A program made the position numbers and the translations under genes. From Schmidtea polychroa (lineage: Eukaryota), in NCBI GenBank assembly GCA_044892525.1, contig CM097885.1:194246001-194310000 (forward strand): a stretch of DNA of 64,000 nt, written 5' to 3'. Of this stretch, positions 49,551-61,045 are shown piece after piece. The notes below the pieces were generated by a model. It was given only the letters and a program-made list of their open reading frames with translations. It did not search any database and had not been told where the DNA came from. Within the stretch, counting starts at the first letter, position 1. Each line of letters opens with the position of its first letter.

Positions 49551-52500
49551 CAGTGCTTTTTGTGATCGTAATCCATATTTGTGAGGTGGTTTTTCTATTA
49601 ACTCTGTTTCTGCTAGTTTGCATCTATTAACTTGTACTATTATCGGATCCTCATTTTTATGTTTTTGTAAATGCAGGTTTTCATGTACTACTTTTACTAC
49701 TTCGTATGGTCCTTTAAATGGTCTTGCTAATTTAGTTGTTTTGCCTTTACCTACTTGTGGAGACATAAGTCTAACCTTATCTCCCACTTTAAAATTATGA
49801 GGTTTACTATTTTTATCGTAATCTGCCTTATATTGTTCTTGTCTAAATCTAACTTTTAAGTTTGCAACTTTATATACCTCTTGTAATCTCTCTTGCATTA
49901 ATGTTACATAATCTGGCGCATCTAAATATTGTGATACTCGAGGTTCAAAAATTGTATCAATCGGTGTCGCAGGCTCTCTTAAGAACATTAGAAAATATGG
50001 TGAATATCCCGTTGTCTCATTTGGTGTGATATTATGGATGTATGTGCATTGATTAACGTATTCATCCCAATCATTTTGGTTTCTTCCCACAAACACAGCT
50101 AATCTACTTAGCAATGTCCCATTGAATCTCTCTACTAAACCATCGGTCTGAGGGTGGTATGCTGTTGTGTTGATTTTATGCATGTTAAATATGTTAGCTA
50201 CTCTTTTTATAGTTTCACTCATGAAATTTTTCCCTTTATCTGTTAATAGTTTTCTCGGTGTACCGATTTTAAAGATTATTTTTTCTAAAAGTAATTTAGC
50301 TACGGTTTCTGCTGTTTCATCTTTAGTAGGAAATGCCTCTGCCCATTTTGTAAAATAATCGCTAAAAACTAGTATGTGTTTATTCCCGTTAATTGTTGTG
50401 GGTAGTTTACACAAAAAATCCATTGCGCACAGTTCCATTGGTGATGTTGTAGCTGGGATTGGATGTAAAGGTGCTTTAGTTTTTGTTCCTGTATTTTTTC
50501 TAGTTGCGCATATTGTGCATGCATTACACCATCTCTTGACATCCTTTTTCAAATCGTCCCAATAATATTTTTGCATCAATCTGCTTGCTGTTTTCCTACT
50601 TGATAAATGACCTCCTAGAGCACCATCGTGATATTGTAATAGAAGAATTTGTCTTAATCTTTGTGGTACTACTATTAATTGTTTACCGCTAAAATCCTCA
50701 ATAACAATTAACTTCTTACAGATTTTATACTTTTGGTTAGTTCCCTTTTTTATTTCTTCTCTTATCTTGAAGAGTTCTGGATCTTTCATTTGTTCCTCAT
50801 ATATTTCTATTGGTTTTTCAGTTACTAATGCAAAAACTTCTAGTGCTCCTAACTCTGGAATTCGTGATAATGCATCTGCATTCCTGTTTATTCTACCTGG
50901 TTTGTATGCAATCTTTATGTGCATGTCTTGTATTTTCATTGCCCATTTTAACAGTCTACTGGATGTATCTTTATGTTTCCATAACCCTTCTAATGGCTTA
51001 TGGTCTGTTCTAATTACTACTTCAGTTCCATATATGTATGGTTTAAATTGTTTTAATGCAAAAACTATAGCATAACATTCTTTCTCAATTGTTGAGTACC
51101 TAATCTGTGCTCCTTTTAATGTTTTGCTTGCATAAGCTATTACATAATCTTTACCCTTTTCCTCTTCTTGTCCTAAGACTGCCCATACGGCCTTCCCGCT
51201 GGCGTCTGTCATGACAATGAACTATTTTTTAAAGTCTGGGTATCTTAATATCGGTGCTGTTATTAATTTTTCTTTTAGTTGATCAAAAGCTTTTTGGTGT
51301 TCATCTTTCCATTTCTTTTGTGGCTTGTTAATTTTATCGTTAATCTCTTGTACTATTAACACTCCTTTACTCTCTCCCTTTGTTTTGACTCCTTTTGTTA
51401 ACTCAATTAGTGGTGCTGCTATTTTTGCATAATCTTGTATGAATTTACGATAATATCCTGTGAGACCTAAAAATCCCTGTACTTGTTGTAATGTTTTTGG
51501 AACTGGGAATTTTTTAACTACTTCAATTTTATCGGGATTAGGTATTATACCATCTACTGTAACTATATGTCCTAAGAATAATGCTGAAGGTTCTGCCCAT
51601 TTACACTTAGGGGGTTTTATTTTGATTTTTGCTTTTCTTAATCTTTCTAGTACGTTAGCTATATCTTTTAGATGTTCCTCAAATGTTTTTGATGAAATTA
51701 ATATATCATCTATATATACTGCGCAACGTTGTACGTCTACTAATACTGTATTCATTAAACGTTGAAATGTTGCTGGCGCATTAGTTAACCCAAAAGGTAA
51801 TCTTGTATATTCATATAAACCGTCTTCTATCACAAAAGCTGTCTTTTCCGCATCCCCCTCTTACATTTGAATTTGCATGTAGCCTTTATTTGCATCTATT
51901 ACTGTGAAATATTTAGTATCTCTAAGTTTATCATATTGTTCTTGTGCTTTTGGGAATGGGTATGAGTCTTTTACTGTTACATCATTTAATTTACGATAAT
52001 CAATGCACATTCGAATTTCCCCGTCTTTCTTTCTAACTGGTACGATAGGTGATGCCCATTGTGAAAAACTTTGTTTTATTACGCCTGCCTCTTTTAATTC
52101 TTTAATTTGTCGTTTTATTTCCTCCCTCAGTTTATATGGTACACTATAGGGTCTCTGTTTTATTGGTCTAGCATTCCCTGTATCGATTACATGTTTGATA
52201 ATGTCAGTATCTCCTAAATCAAATTCGTGTTTTGCAAAAACATCACTGTATTCGTCAAGTAATATTTGTAGTTGTAGTTGTTGTGTTTCATTTAGATAAT
52301 TATTATTTATTTTAATTTTATCATAAAATTCGATATTATTCGCTCTACTCTGTTCGACCATTCTTTCACTGACATCCTTCGTCATCGACATCTCACATAC
52401 TTCAAATGTTTGCTCTAATTCACCTTTGAACAACTTTCCCAATTTTGTACCTTTATGAATTTTTACTTTATTTCTTTCGTAATTCGCGATTCTTATTGGA

Positions 52501-53183
52501 ATTATCCCATTATTTGGAATTACACACTCGTCTGTTAACATTACATTATGATTTCGTGATATTGCCGTTTCAGGCTCAAAAATGAAAGTGTCCTCACTTT
52601 TAACATTAACTTTTACTGGAATTATATGATCACTTTGATACTCTAGTTCAAATGTCTCTAATGCAATTACCTCAGTAAATCTTGCGTCTTGATATATTGC
52701 CTTCCGTTTGACTGTACTATCCGTTAAATCGATTACACAGTTTTTTAACTTTTTGAGTATGTCCATCCCAAGGACACATACGCATTTACATTCTGCTACT
52801 ACCTTGAAGACATGTTCAACCACTTGATCCGAAAAGTGGACTGTTAATTCGATATCTCCTTTTAATGGTATGTAATGTGACGATAATGAAATTACTCTAT
52901 CTCTTGTGCTCACGATATTTTTCTTTTGGTTTCCGGTTAACTGATCTTCACGAATCATAGAAGCTGCTGCTCCTGTGTCACATAATGCCTTTATTATCGT
53001 ATCATTTATCACTATTTGTAATTTAGGCCTTGCTTCATTTAACCCTTCTAATATATCGTCAAGTTCTAACCCGTAACATCCATAAGTTTTTCTTGAAACA
53101 CAATGACAATTACCATTTTCACCTGGGATTCTAATTTCAATATTATTTCTCAATTCTGTCAATTGTTCTCTTTGATTATCATA
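48726..53183 (-). pseudogene. pol: Ty3/gypsy pol (PR-RT-RNaseH-IN) continuing into an FN3-like/TM extension; one reading frame broken only by two in-frame stops
   Basis: PR ALCDTGAAAS; RT WASPIVPVRKKDG, LPFGLTNAPATFQR, YIDD; RH TDAS, EKECYAIV, TDHKPL; IN HHCC zinc finger, MDF..SDYFTK..TDKG..PQTDGLVERFN, GPY; stops TAA 51861-51863 and TAG 51222-51224 with no frameshift. Confidence 0.95.
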
Positions 53184-54992
53184 TTACCCAACATGTGGTT
53201 GCTCAATATTTTCTGATCTGTTTGTGTCGTCCTCTTTCTCATTGGTGATCATTATTTCACCCTCTTCCCTTCGACTTTTCATCCGTTTGATTTCCTTATC
53301 GTGCCTCGCAGTGATCAAATATTTGGCTATGAATGGACATAAACATGCTATCATTTTATATGAATTACCAAAAACTTGTCTCAGTTGTCTTAACGAAACT
53401 AATGATGAGCAAATCATTTTCAATAGTGCTACTGTATAATATATACCCAATATAGTGGAAAACGTATTTCCGAGAATCGCAAAATATCCCCATATGCTGT
53501 ATAATACTCTATACACAACTTTCTTGAAGTGCTCTTTTGATAATAATACATCAAAGTTGTAATTTCCTCCATAACTATTTTCGATGATTTTGTTTACCAT
53601 GATAGAAAGAACTTTTTCTTTTTCATGAGGAAATAACATATGTTTTCTGGCGCTCTCTATCGCCTCTCTCGTATACATCCCATTGTTATCCATTTCGTTG
53701 ACTTCCTGAAATTCTAACTTTTTCTCAAGTTCAGTTAGTTCTAGTTTTTGTGGTTTAGTCGCTTCTTTTCTATCTGACATTGTAATCCACATATCATCAT
53801 TTATTTTGTATAATGGATCTAATAGATTAGTACATTTATCAATTTTTCTCGGAACATAGTCTTTATCTGTTAATATCCTTGTTATTGGTTGGAGGTATAC
53901 AGTTTCTCCTTTATACACTACTGGCAATTCGTTTGTGCACTTATTATTCGTTGCTAACGATACGCTAACCGGTTTACATTGAAATGTTTGTATCACTTCA
54001 CCGACAACTCTTGCAAATGTCCCTTTTTCTGCAAATAAAATTGGTGCCATTAAATCTGGGTTTGTGACTGCAACCGCCATCTTTGCCCTTAATATTTCTC
54101 TATTAAGTTTACAATCGTTTGCGATAGTTGCTTGGTACACCTTGTCCAATTGTACTAACTGATGATGATAGAAATAGTCAATTTTATTATTAAAATATGA
54201 TGCTAGCTTGACGTCGAATTTATCTATTCTCGATTTTGCCTCTTTAATTTCACTTCCGCTGATATAAATTCCCTCATAATTTGTTTGTACGACTGCCTTG
54301 CCACATTTTATGCTTTCACCTTTTCCTACAAATCTCATCGCCTCTGTTTCAGAATCTGACATGTATATTGTTGGGGTATCTCTCTCTTGAATTATCGTTG
54401 CTCGTCGTTTTTGGTCTTTGATGTTCTTGGATTCTACATCCGTAAACTGTTTACCTCCTATCGTTCTGAATTTCAGTGTCTTTAATTTAGTTAGATGACA
54501 TTCGTATTTATTCACTCTGTATATGATCATTGACTCGCCTGTATCACAGCTTGTCTCATCTAATGTGCAGAACTTATGTGTCATCATTTTCTTTGATGCA
54601 CTATCAAATGACGCTTTGAATTTCCTTAATTCAATATAATACTGCCGTCTCACTACAATATTGTCTGCCACATGCCCCCATATTTTATACTTTCCTCCTT
54701 CACAATATCCTCCTGTTGATGACCATCCCACGACATTTACTAATTGTCTTACTCGTGCTCCTACCTGAGCATCTAACTCAAATCCATCCGGCGTTTTTAT
54801 CTTTTTTGTTTTAAATGCATTTTCGCATTCAACTGGCGTTATTATTATTGCTTCTGGTGCCCATGTTGGGGTTAATATTGTTCTTGCCACCTTGTTACAC
54901 ACAAAACTTTCCTCTGAATATTTGACTATACATTCTCCTGCTTCTGTGTGAATGAAATCAGATTCCTGATATATATGGAAAATCTTGGGGTC
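53184..54992 (-). CDS. env: Chuvirus/gB-type (class III) envelope glycoprotein, N-terminally truncated at the inversion junction
   Basis: Cys-rich ectodomain with CEGGKY, CTLDETSCDTG, CKLNREIL, CTNELPVVYKGETVYLQPITRIL; C-terminal hydrophobic segment IWGYFAILGNTFSTILGIYYTVALL; frame open from 54992. Confidence 0.8.
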   Translation of the reverse strand, partial: DPKIFHIYQESDFIHTEAGECIVKYSEESFVCNKVARTILTPTWAPEAIIITPVECENAFKTKKIKTPDGFELDAQVGARVRQLVNVVGWSSTGGYCEGGKYKIWGHVADNIVVRRQYYIELRKFKASFDSASKKMMTHKFCTLDETSCDTGESMIIYRVNKYECHLTKLKTLKFRTIGGKQFTDVESKNIKDQKRRATIIQERDTPTIYMSDSETEAMRFVGKGESIKCGKAVVQTNYEGIYISGSEIKEAKSRIDKFDVKLASYFNNKIDYFYHHQLVQLDKVYQATIANDCKLNREILRAKMAVAVTNPDLMAPILFAEKGTFARVVGEVIQTFQCKPVSVSLATNNKCTNELPVVYKGETVYLQPITRILTDKDYVPRKIDKCTNLLDPLYKINDDMWITMSDRKEATKPQKLELTELEKKLEFQEVNEMDNNGMYTREAIESARKHMLFPHEKEKVLSIMVNKIIENSYGGNYNFDVLLSKEHFKKVVYRVLYSIWGYFAILGNTFSTILGIYYTVALLKMICSSLVSLRQLRQVFGNSYKMIACLCPFIAKYLITARHDKEIKRMKSRREEGEIMITNEKEDDTNRSENIEQPHVG

Positions 54993-55350
54993 TTAATAAT
55001 CATAAATAACTGGGATGAACTCAGAGCATTTCAAGTAAAACCTGCTAAACCACGATGGCCTTTCTATGTAATCTCATCAAGCATTTTAGCATTGAGTTTT
55101 TTAGCTATTATCACCAGTGTTCAAGTGTATAAAAAATACAAATGGAAAAGGCAGCGGTATCGGCACCGACTGGTCAAAAATGTACCAGGGCATTTTCATT
55201 TGGATAAGTATAGGCCAGGACAATACACAATGTCCTCATTGGTTTAAAAATAATATAGATAATTTCAATTCCTATTGGTCAATGATAATATTTAAACTCA
55301 CATATATTTATATTTTTATTTATATTGAAGCGTATAAGGTAAAGCCTCAA

Positions 55351-55749
55351 ATGCGCTGTAAATATGTATGTTTATATTGTTTTTTTAGAAAAATGCAATC
55401 CAACAATACCAGAGTCAATCCCAAACCATTCAATCCCATACAACGTCCAGTCCAACAATACAGCTGCTCCATTCAAAAACTATACCACAGTTTCTACAAA
55501 AATTTGCAAAATAAAATCACCTCAGACGGCTCACCAATCACCATCAGAAGTTTCCCTAACCAGGTCTGCATACCCAATGAAATGAAGTGCGAAATCGAAG
55601 AAAGAGAAATGCACTTAGTTAAATTTAATGAAGCCCGAAGGATAAAGCTGAGAGATATAATAGGCACCTATGATATGTTCAAAAATGCAGATATCGCAGC
55701 AAATGAAGGAAGAAAAGTCCCACATAGAATACTATTCCATATGACCTGA
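55351..55749 (+). CDS. Second copy of the 132-aa small ORF
   Basis: One amino-acid difference seen (NNTRV versus NNIRV). Confidence 0.4.
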   Translation: MRCKYVCLYCFFRKMQSNNTRVNPKPFNPIQRPVQQYSCSIQKLYHSFYKNLQNKITSDGSPITIRSFPNQVCIPNEMKCEIEEREMHLVKFNEARRIKLRDIIGTYDMFKNADIAANEGRKVPHRILFHMT

Positions 55750-55763
55750 ACGGAGGTCTCAAT

Positions 55764-57299
55764 TTGCCAACAACGAATCCCTATTATAACAACAAGCAAC
55801 TGCACGGTGGTGATCAAGACGATGAACCAAATCGAAGCGTGCCAAACGATTTCAACAATTTGGTCATCCAAATGAACAATTTACCCTGTGTGATGGCTAT
55901 CGAAATTCTATATGTCCCAACCATACCCAATCCTTTCAGAGAATTAGAGATGATACAGTCGGAAATCGTGATACATCAGGATTTCATCTCGAAACGGATG
56001 TCATTCACACATCAACAGTTGTCAATCCCCGAACGACAAAGGGCAATCATGTTCGTCGATGTCAAAGAAGTATGCGACATCAATAACAATCTCAGACCAG
56101 TAGAGATATGCATCAGAAATTTTAGAGGAGAAATCGTATACAATAAAAAGGTGACTCCACGCACCAAAATCCAACATTATTACCCGGAGAAGACAAGAGC
56201 AGACAGGGATTCAATAAGAGGAAATGAAGACGAATACCAAGCGCTGATCGACATACAGAAGCTGCTACTCGGAAAAATCATTGTGGGATACGAAATAATA
56301 AAGAAACTCAAGACGCTGACATTAGATCTGTACAATGTCATGGGAGTCAGAGAGTTAGCTGAAGATGTGTTCATGTGTTCATTCGTCAAAAATGTAGCAC
56401 CACACAGAATCAAACTATCGAATCTCGCATACAAAGTAATCGCAACACACCCAAAATGGAAGAAAGACAAAGCAATCAACAACATCCTCAAAAAGCCCGA
56501 ACCGTTCTCAGCAGAAGATACAACACTAATCGCAAAAGTCATTTACCTCTTGGTCGAAAAGCAGTGGGAAGAAGTCATAAGGTGGGACATGACAGCATTC
56601 CAAAAGAAAAATAATGGCCATCAACTCAGTCCAATAGAAGAAAACAGCGATGAGCCAGAGGAATTTGAGGAAGATATATATATCGAACCCTCACAAAGAG
56701 AATTGAAATTCAATAAAGATGGGAGCAGACGTACCTTTGAAGATGAACTAATGGACAGCGATGATGACATCATATTCGTCAAAGAGGACAAAAAACCACA
56801 AGCAATCAAAATAAAGGAAGAACCTCAGACATCAAGTAGTTACAACTATGCTGACCCACAATGTGATTTAGACTCGGATGAAGAATATTTCTCACCGAGC
56901 GAAGCAATGCAGATAGATGACGAACTAGGACCAGAGCCAAATGTCGAGTTGGAGGAGCCAATGTTCATCATCAAAGAGGGAAGATCCACTATCTCGGAAA
57001 AAGAAATACATCAACACTTCGGCAGACGAATTATTGATGGTGATGTGTTAAAATTGGCATTGAAGAAAGGATTCCAAAGAGCAACAATGTATATAAACGG
57101 TTGCGGAATCGAATTGGTCCTTAGCGATAAAGGTAATGAGGACATTACTTTATCGGCCCTAGGAGGAGTGTTGGATGACAGAGGAAGAAGAATTGAAGAG
57201 TTTGAACTAACACACTACTATAGAACGGGCAGCAACAAGTTCAGAGTCAATATCTACGTGGAACCCAGACAACCAAAGCCGGACAATTCAAGATATTGA
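55764..57299 (+). CDS. Second copy of the 511-aa exonuclease-like accessory ORF
   Basis: Same translation as 46674-48209 except terminal SRY versus SKY. Confidence 0.7.
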   Translation: MPTTNPYYNNKQLHGGDQDDEPNRSVPNDFNNLVIQMNNLPCVMAIEILYVPTIPNPFRELEMIQSEIVIHQDFISKRMSFTHQQLSIPERQRAIMFVDVKEVCDINNNLRPVEICIRNFRGEIVYNKKVTPRTKIQHYYPEKTRADRDSIRGNEDEYQALIDIQKLLLGKIIVGYEIIKKLKTLTLDLYNVMGVRELAEDVFMCSFVKNVAPHRIKLSNLAYKVIATHPKWKKDKAINNILKKPEPFSAEDTTLIAKVIYLLVEKQWEEVIRWDMTAFQKKNNGHQLSPIEENSDEPEEFEEDIYIEPSQRELKFNKDGSRRTFEDELMDSDDDIIFVKEDKKPQAIKIKEEPQTSSSYNYADPQCDLDSDEEYFSPSEAMQIDDELGPEPNVELEEPMFIIKEGRSTISEKEIHQHFGRRIIDGDVLKLALKKGFQRATMYINGCGIELVLSDKGNEDITLSALGGVLDDRGRRIEEFELTHYYRTGSNKFRVNIYVEPRQPKPDNSRY

Positions 57300-59149
57300 C
57301 AATTATGGTTAACTAAATTCATTATTTACTTTATTCATGCTGTGTCATTTGGACTATTCTTTATTTTACTTATTTTATTTCTTTATGATATTATTGGTGT
57401 ATATATTAATTATTTTTATTCTATAGAAGTTTGTACATATTTTTTGAGTAGCTGTTAATTTTTATTTAATATATCTTTCCGTATACATTTAATATTTTTA
57501 TAAAAGGGTAAATTAAATCATTAATAATTAGTTTTATAAGTAGAGATAAATAATATAATGAAATAATAATAATACTATAAAATAATTAGAAATCTAAATT
57601 TTGTTAAAATAATGCACGCAAGTTGTAAGGAAAAATAATTGTAATTATTAAATAATAGAGTAAGAAAAACATCTGGTTAAATAATATCTGTTAGAGTACT
57701 AAATTAATTATAAAAAAAACATCTGGTTAAATAATATCTGTTAGAGTATTAAGGAAAAACATCTGCTAAAATATATTAAATTCATTTTTTAAGCATACTT
57801 AAGAATACTTAAAATATATTAATTAAATTCTTAATCATTTTCTCTTAAAAGAAAAAGTATAAATAGCGAGTCAAAATTCATTTTTTTCGCCCCAAAATTT
57901 TAACCGCGTTAACATACTAAAAAGGTTAATCCTTATTAGTGCTAAAACTCGAACAGACAAACAGAAACGTTCAAAAGCCTACACGCAACACAGCAAGAGA
58001 ATACATAACATTCACACAGTACATACAAGCATATTCGGTTGGATATTTGAAGGATTTTTGGATTTTTGTAATCTAGCAACAAATTCATATTGGTAAATTT
58101 TTCTTTATAATAAAAGTTTTATAAATCACTTTGTCTTTTGATATATTTGTACATATATAAGAACCAGTAAGTTGAGTGTTNNNNNNNNNNNNNNNNNNNN
58201 NNNNNNNNNNNNNNNNNNNNNNNNNNNNNNNNNNNNNNNNNNNNNNNNNNNNNNNNNNNNNNNNNNNNNNNNNNNNNNNNNNNNNNNNNNNNNNNNNNNN
58301 NNNNNNNNNNNNNNNNNNNNNNNNNNNNNNNNNTCCAATCAGGATTAAGTGGTGTTGTATTTTGTCTCCTTTTTCATTTTATTTAGTTTTTCTATTGTTA
58401 TTTTCTTAATTGTAATGATTTTCTGCTTTATTTACTTTCTTTTATTTTTTCAAAAACGTTTTTATTTTAATGCTGATGGATGCTCTATTTTTTGTGTCTT
58501 TTCTTATTTTTATTGATTATTAGTTTTCCATTTATTTATTTCTTTTTTTAATTATTATTTCTAACTTTTCCATCATCTGATCACTCTTCAATGTTACAAT
58601 CCTTACTTATGAAAATAGGAAATCTTATTCTCAAAGAAGGAGTGAAAATAAGGGAAAATTACCATTTTCGAATCAATATATATAATTTGTGAATTTTCAT
58701 AAGCGTGTTTCTGTTAGCCCAACTACAGCTTTCCTGGGGAAAATTTGCATGGGCCCCTTAAAATACTTGTTGACTCCACACACAAAAAACTATTTCTATT
58801 TATCAAATTGTAAAAGTGAATTTCAAGCGCATGTTTAACAAATGAGCTATTTTGCCAAACAAAATTTATTAAAAACTAAATAAAGCAGAAATGTTAAAAA
58901 TTTATAATAATTTAAAATCAGAAAAAATGCAAAACAATATTTTACATTATTTTAAAATGAGAGGAGGAACATCAAATGTATATAAAACTAATGATTAATA
59001 TCAAAGTCAAAATTATTTTGCTATTTATTAAATTTCTATTTGTTTAATTAATTCTTAATCAATTTTAAAACGTCGCAAATTTTGAAACTTTTCTTATATT
59101 ATTATTTATAATAAAATTAAAATATTGTTTAATAAATATTTAAAATAAA

Positions 59150-59406
59150 ATGGAATCAGAATCAGGTTATGTAGTTGGTATAGATGTTGGTAGCTCAATT
59201 CTTAAATGCCAAATATTTGATAAATTAGGGAATATTAAATCAGATTCTTCTAAAGAGGTGCTTTTTGTTTATAATTTTTGAATTTAACGTTGCTATTTAT
59301 TTTTATATTAAGATTGAAATAAACATTCCAGCTGATGGCCATTATGAATTGGATCCTTTGAAGTTATGGGTTGATTTTCAAGAAGTTTTTAAAGATTGCA
59401 TCACAA
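59150..59406 (+). CDS. GK5: FGGY-family carbohydrate kinase, glycerol kinase 5-like, exons 1-2 only
   Basis: Exon 1 59150-59257 YVVGIDVGSSILKCQIFD; 55-nt GT-AG intron; exon 2 59313-59406 GHYELDPLKLWVDF. Confidence 0.75.
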
Positions 59407-61045
59407 GTATGATAATATTTTTTAAAAATTTTAAGTATTTTTAAATCTAAAATAAAATATTACAAATTAATCTGTGGTAAGTTTCAAGTTATTTTTAATT
59501 TTCAAAACATCTAAAGTAATGTTTTTATATATAATCCTATGTTTACATTTTCCTACTTTTTTGTTATAAAACATGAAAAAGGAATTGTTTATTTTTTATT
59601 CCAATATTTACACTTCTTTTATATCGTCTTTTAAATTTTCCATGATAATAAGATTCAATTCTAAGTCATAATTAGCTCTGGCCAGAATACGTATTCAGCC
59701 ACGTAATGCCGCATCGAATAATTTCGTTAAATTCCGTCTCGAATTTTTTGTCAATTATAATATATTATACAATGTAATGCGTGACGCTTCATGAGAATGT
59801 TCCAGCGTGCACATAATAAATTAGACAATATATTCTGGTTACATCGATGCACGAATTTATCCCCATTTATCTATATAACTATTTATAATGAAAAAAAGAA
59901 ATAAATTTGTCGTATTTACAACAAATAAGTTATTTTTATTGTTTTTATCTAAAATCTTTAAAAAATATTTCAAAAGAGTCATCTAAAAACCGTCGCTTTC
60001 AAAAAATAGTCCGAAGTACTTCAGAGGGCTTAACATCAGTCCTCTTTCATACAGCGGATTCTCTGAAAAGTGACCACGTTTTCGGATATGATCACATACT
60101 TTTTAGTGTTCAGTTGCGTATTGTTTTAGCTTATAAGCCATTTCATAAAAATTATCTTTATTATGATTTTAGAACCTTTCATCGGGCTCAAAATTATTAA
60201 TCTACTCATTGTTGCATTTTAGGAGATCATAAATAGCAATTTTTTAACCCATTACCTCCCAAATTTTTAATATTAATATTTTTAAACTTTCACAGTACAA
60301 AAACCACGTGTCCAAGTGACTGTGCCTGGAAACTGGTGTTAGGTTATGTTGCTATCAACTGCAAGTGTCCAGTGGTGCCAACTTTTAAAATTAGAACTGT
60401 AAAATATACTAACCGTCATTTGGGGATTACAGCAGCTAATAGGTTGTTTAAGTTGACTCTTAATCACTTACTCATTTTACGCAATAAGCTATATTTCTAA
60501 ATTATATACCAAACATATTCGCTTATTTATTTTGTTCATTGCTTTTGCTAACCTTCGACAACTTTAATTACAATAAAATATTTCCAAATTCAACACCATT
60601 TCAATAGATGTTCTATTTTAATATTAATGATAAACCTATCCTTTATCTACTATTGTCTTTCTTAAATAACATTACTGCTCATAAAATCAGCACTCGCTTT
60701 CATAACACCGTCTTACAGGTCCATATTTGTCGATCTTTAATCGCTTATGTTTCTCTAAATTCTCACTTTGTGATACTTCCAAATTTGGAATGAAATGTTA
60801 CTTACTTTAGTGACACTCAGACCTTACTGCACTCAAAAAACACTGTAAATAAGAAATTGTAGAGGAAAATAATTAACTAATTTTAATTTTAATTTAACCA
60901 AAATTATATTTTACTCATTATTATGTCTTTAATATTTTAACTTTGACTGTCATCATTATGCGATTTCATGATAGTCGTGTGAAAATAACCTTTGCCATTC
61001 ACTTTGTTACAATTTTTCAGCAAAAATGTCATAGATGCATTTATT

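Larger units (their letters stand above)
54996..58180 (+). repeat. Right arm of the 3.19-kb inverted duplication (TM tail, small ORF, exonuclease-like ORF, 3' AT-rich tract)
   Basis: Shared sequence starts at ATAATCATAAATAACTGG (54996) and ends at gap 3. Confidence 0.95.

Noticed and set aside
48726-54992. Stop-codon reassignment (TAA/TAG read as sense) to explain the in-frame stops
   Set aside because: The AT-rich 2122-codon ABCA ORF has no internal TAA or TAG and ends in TAA, and REPS also ends in TAA, so the standard code applies.
45791-58180. DIRS or Polinton/Maverick element suggested by long terminal inverted repeats
   Set aside because: It has a DDE integrase in gypsy order, with no tyrosine recombinase, PolB, ATPase or capsid. 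The repeat begins mid-ORF and truncates env, which is unlike a true TIR.
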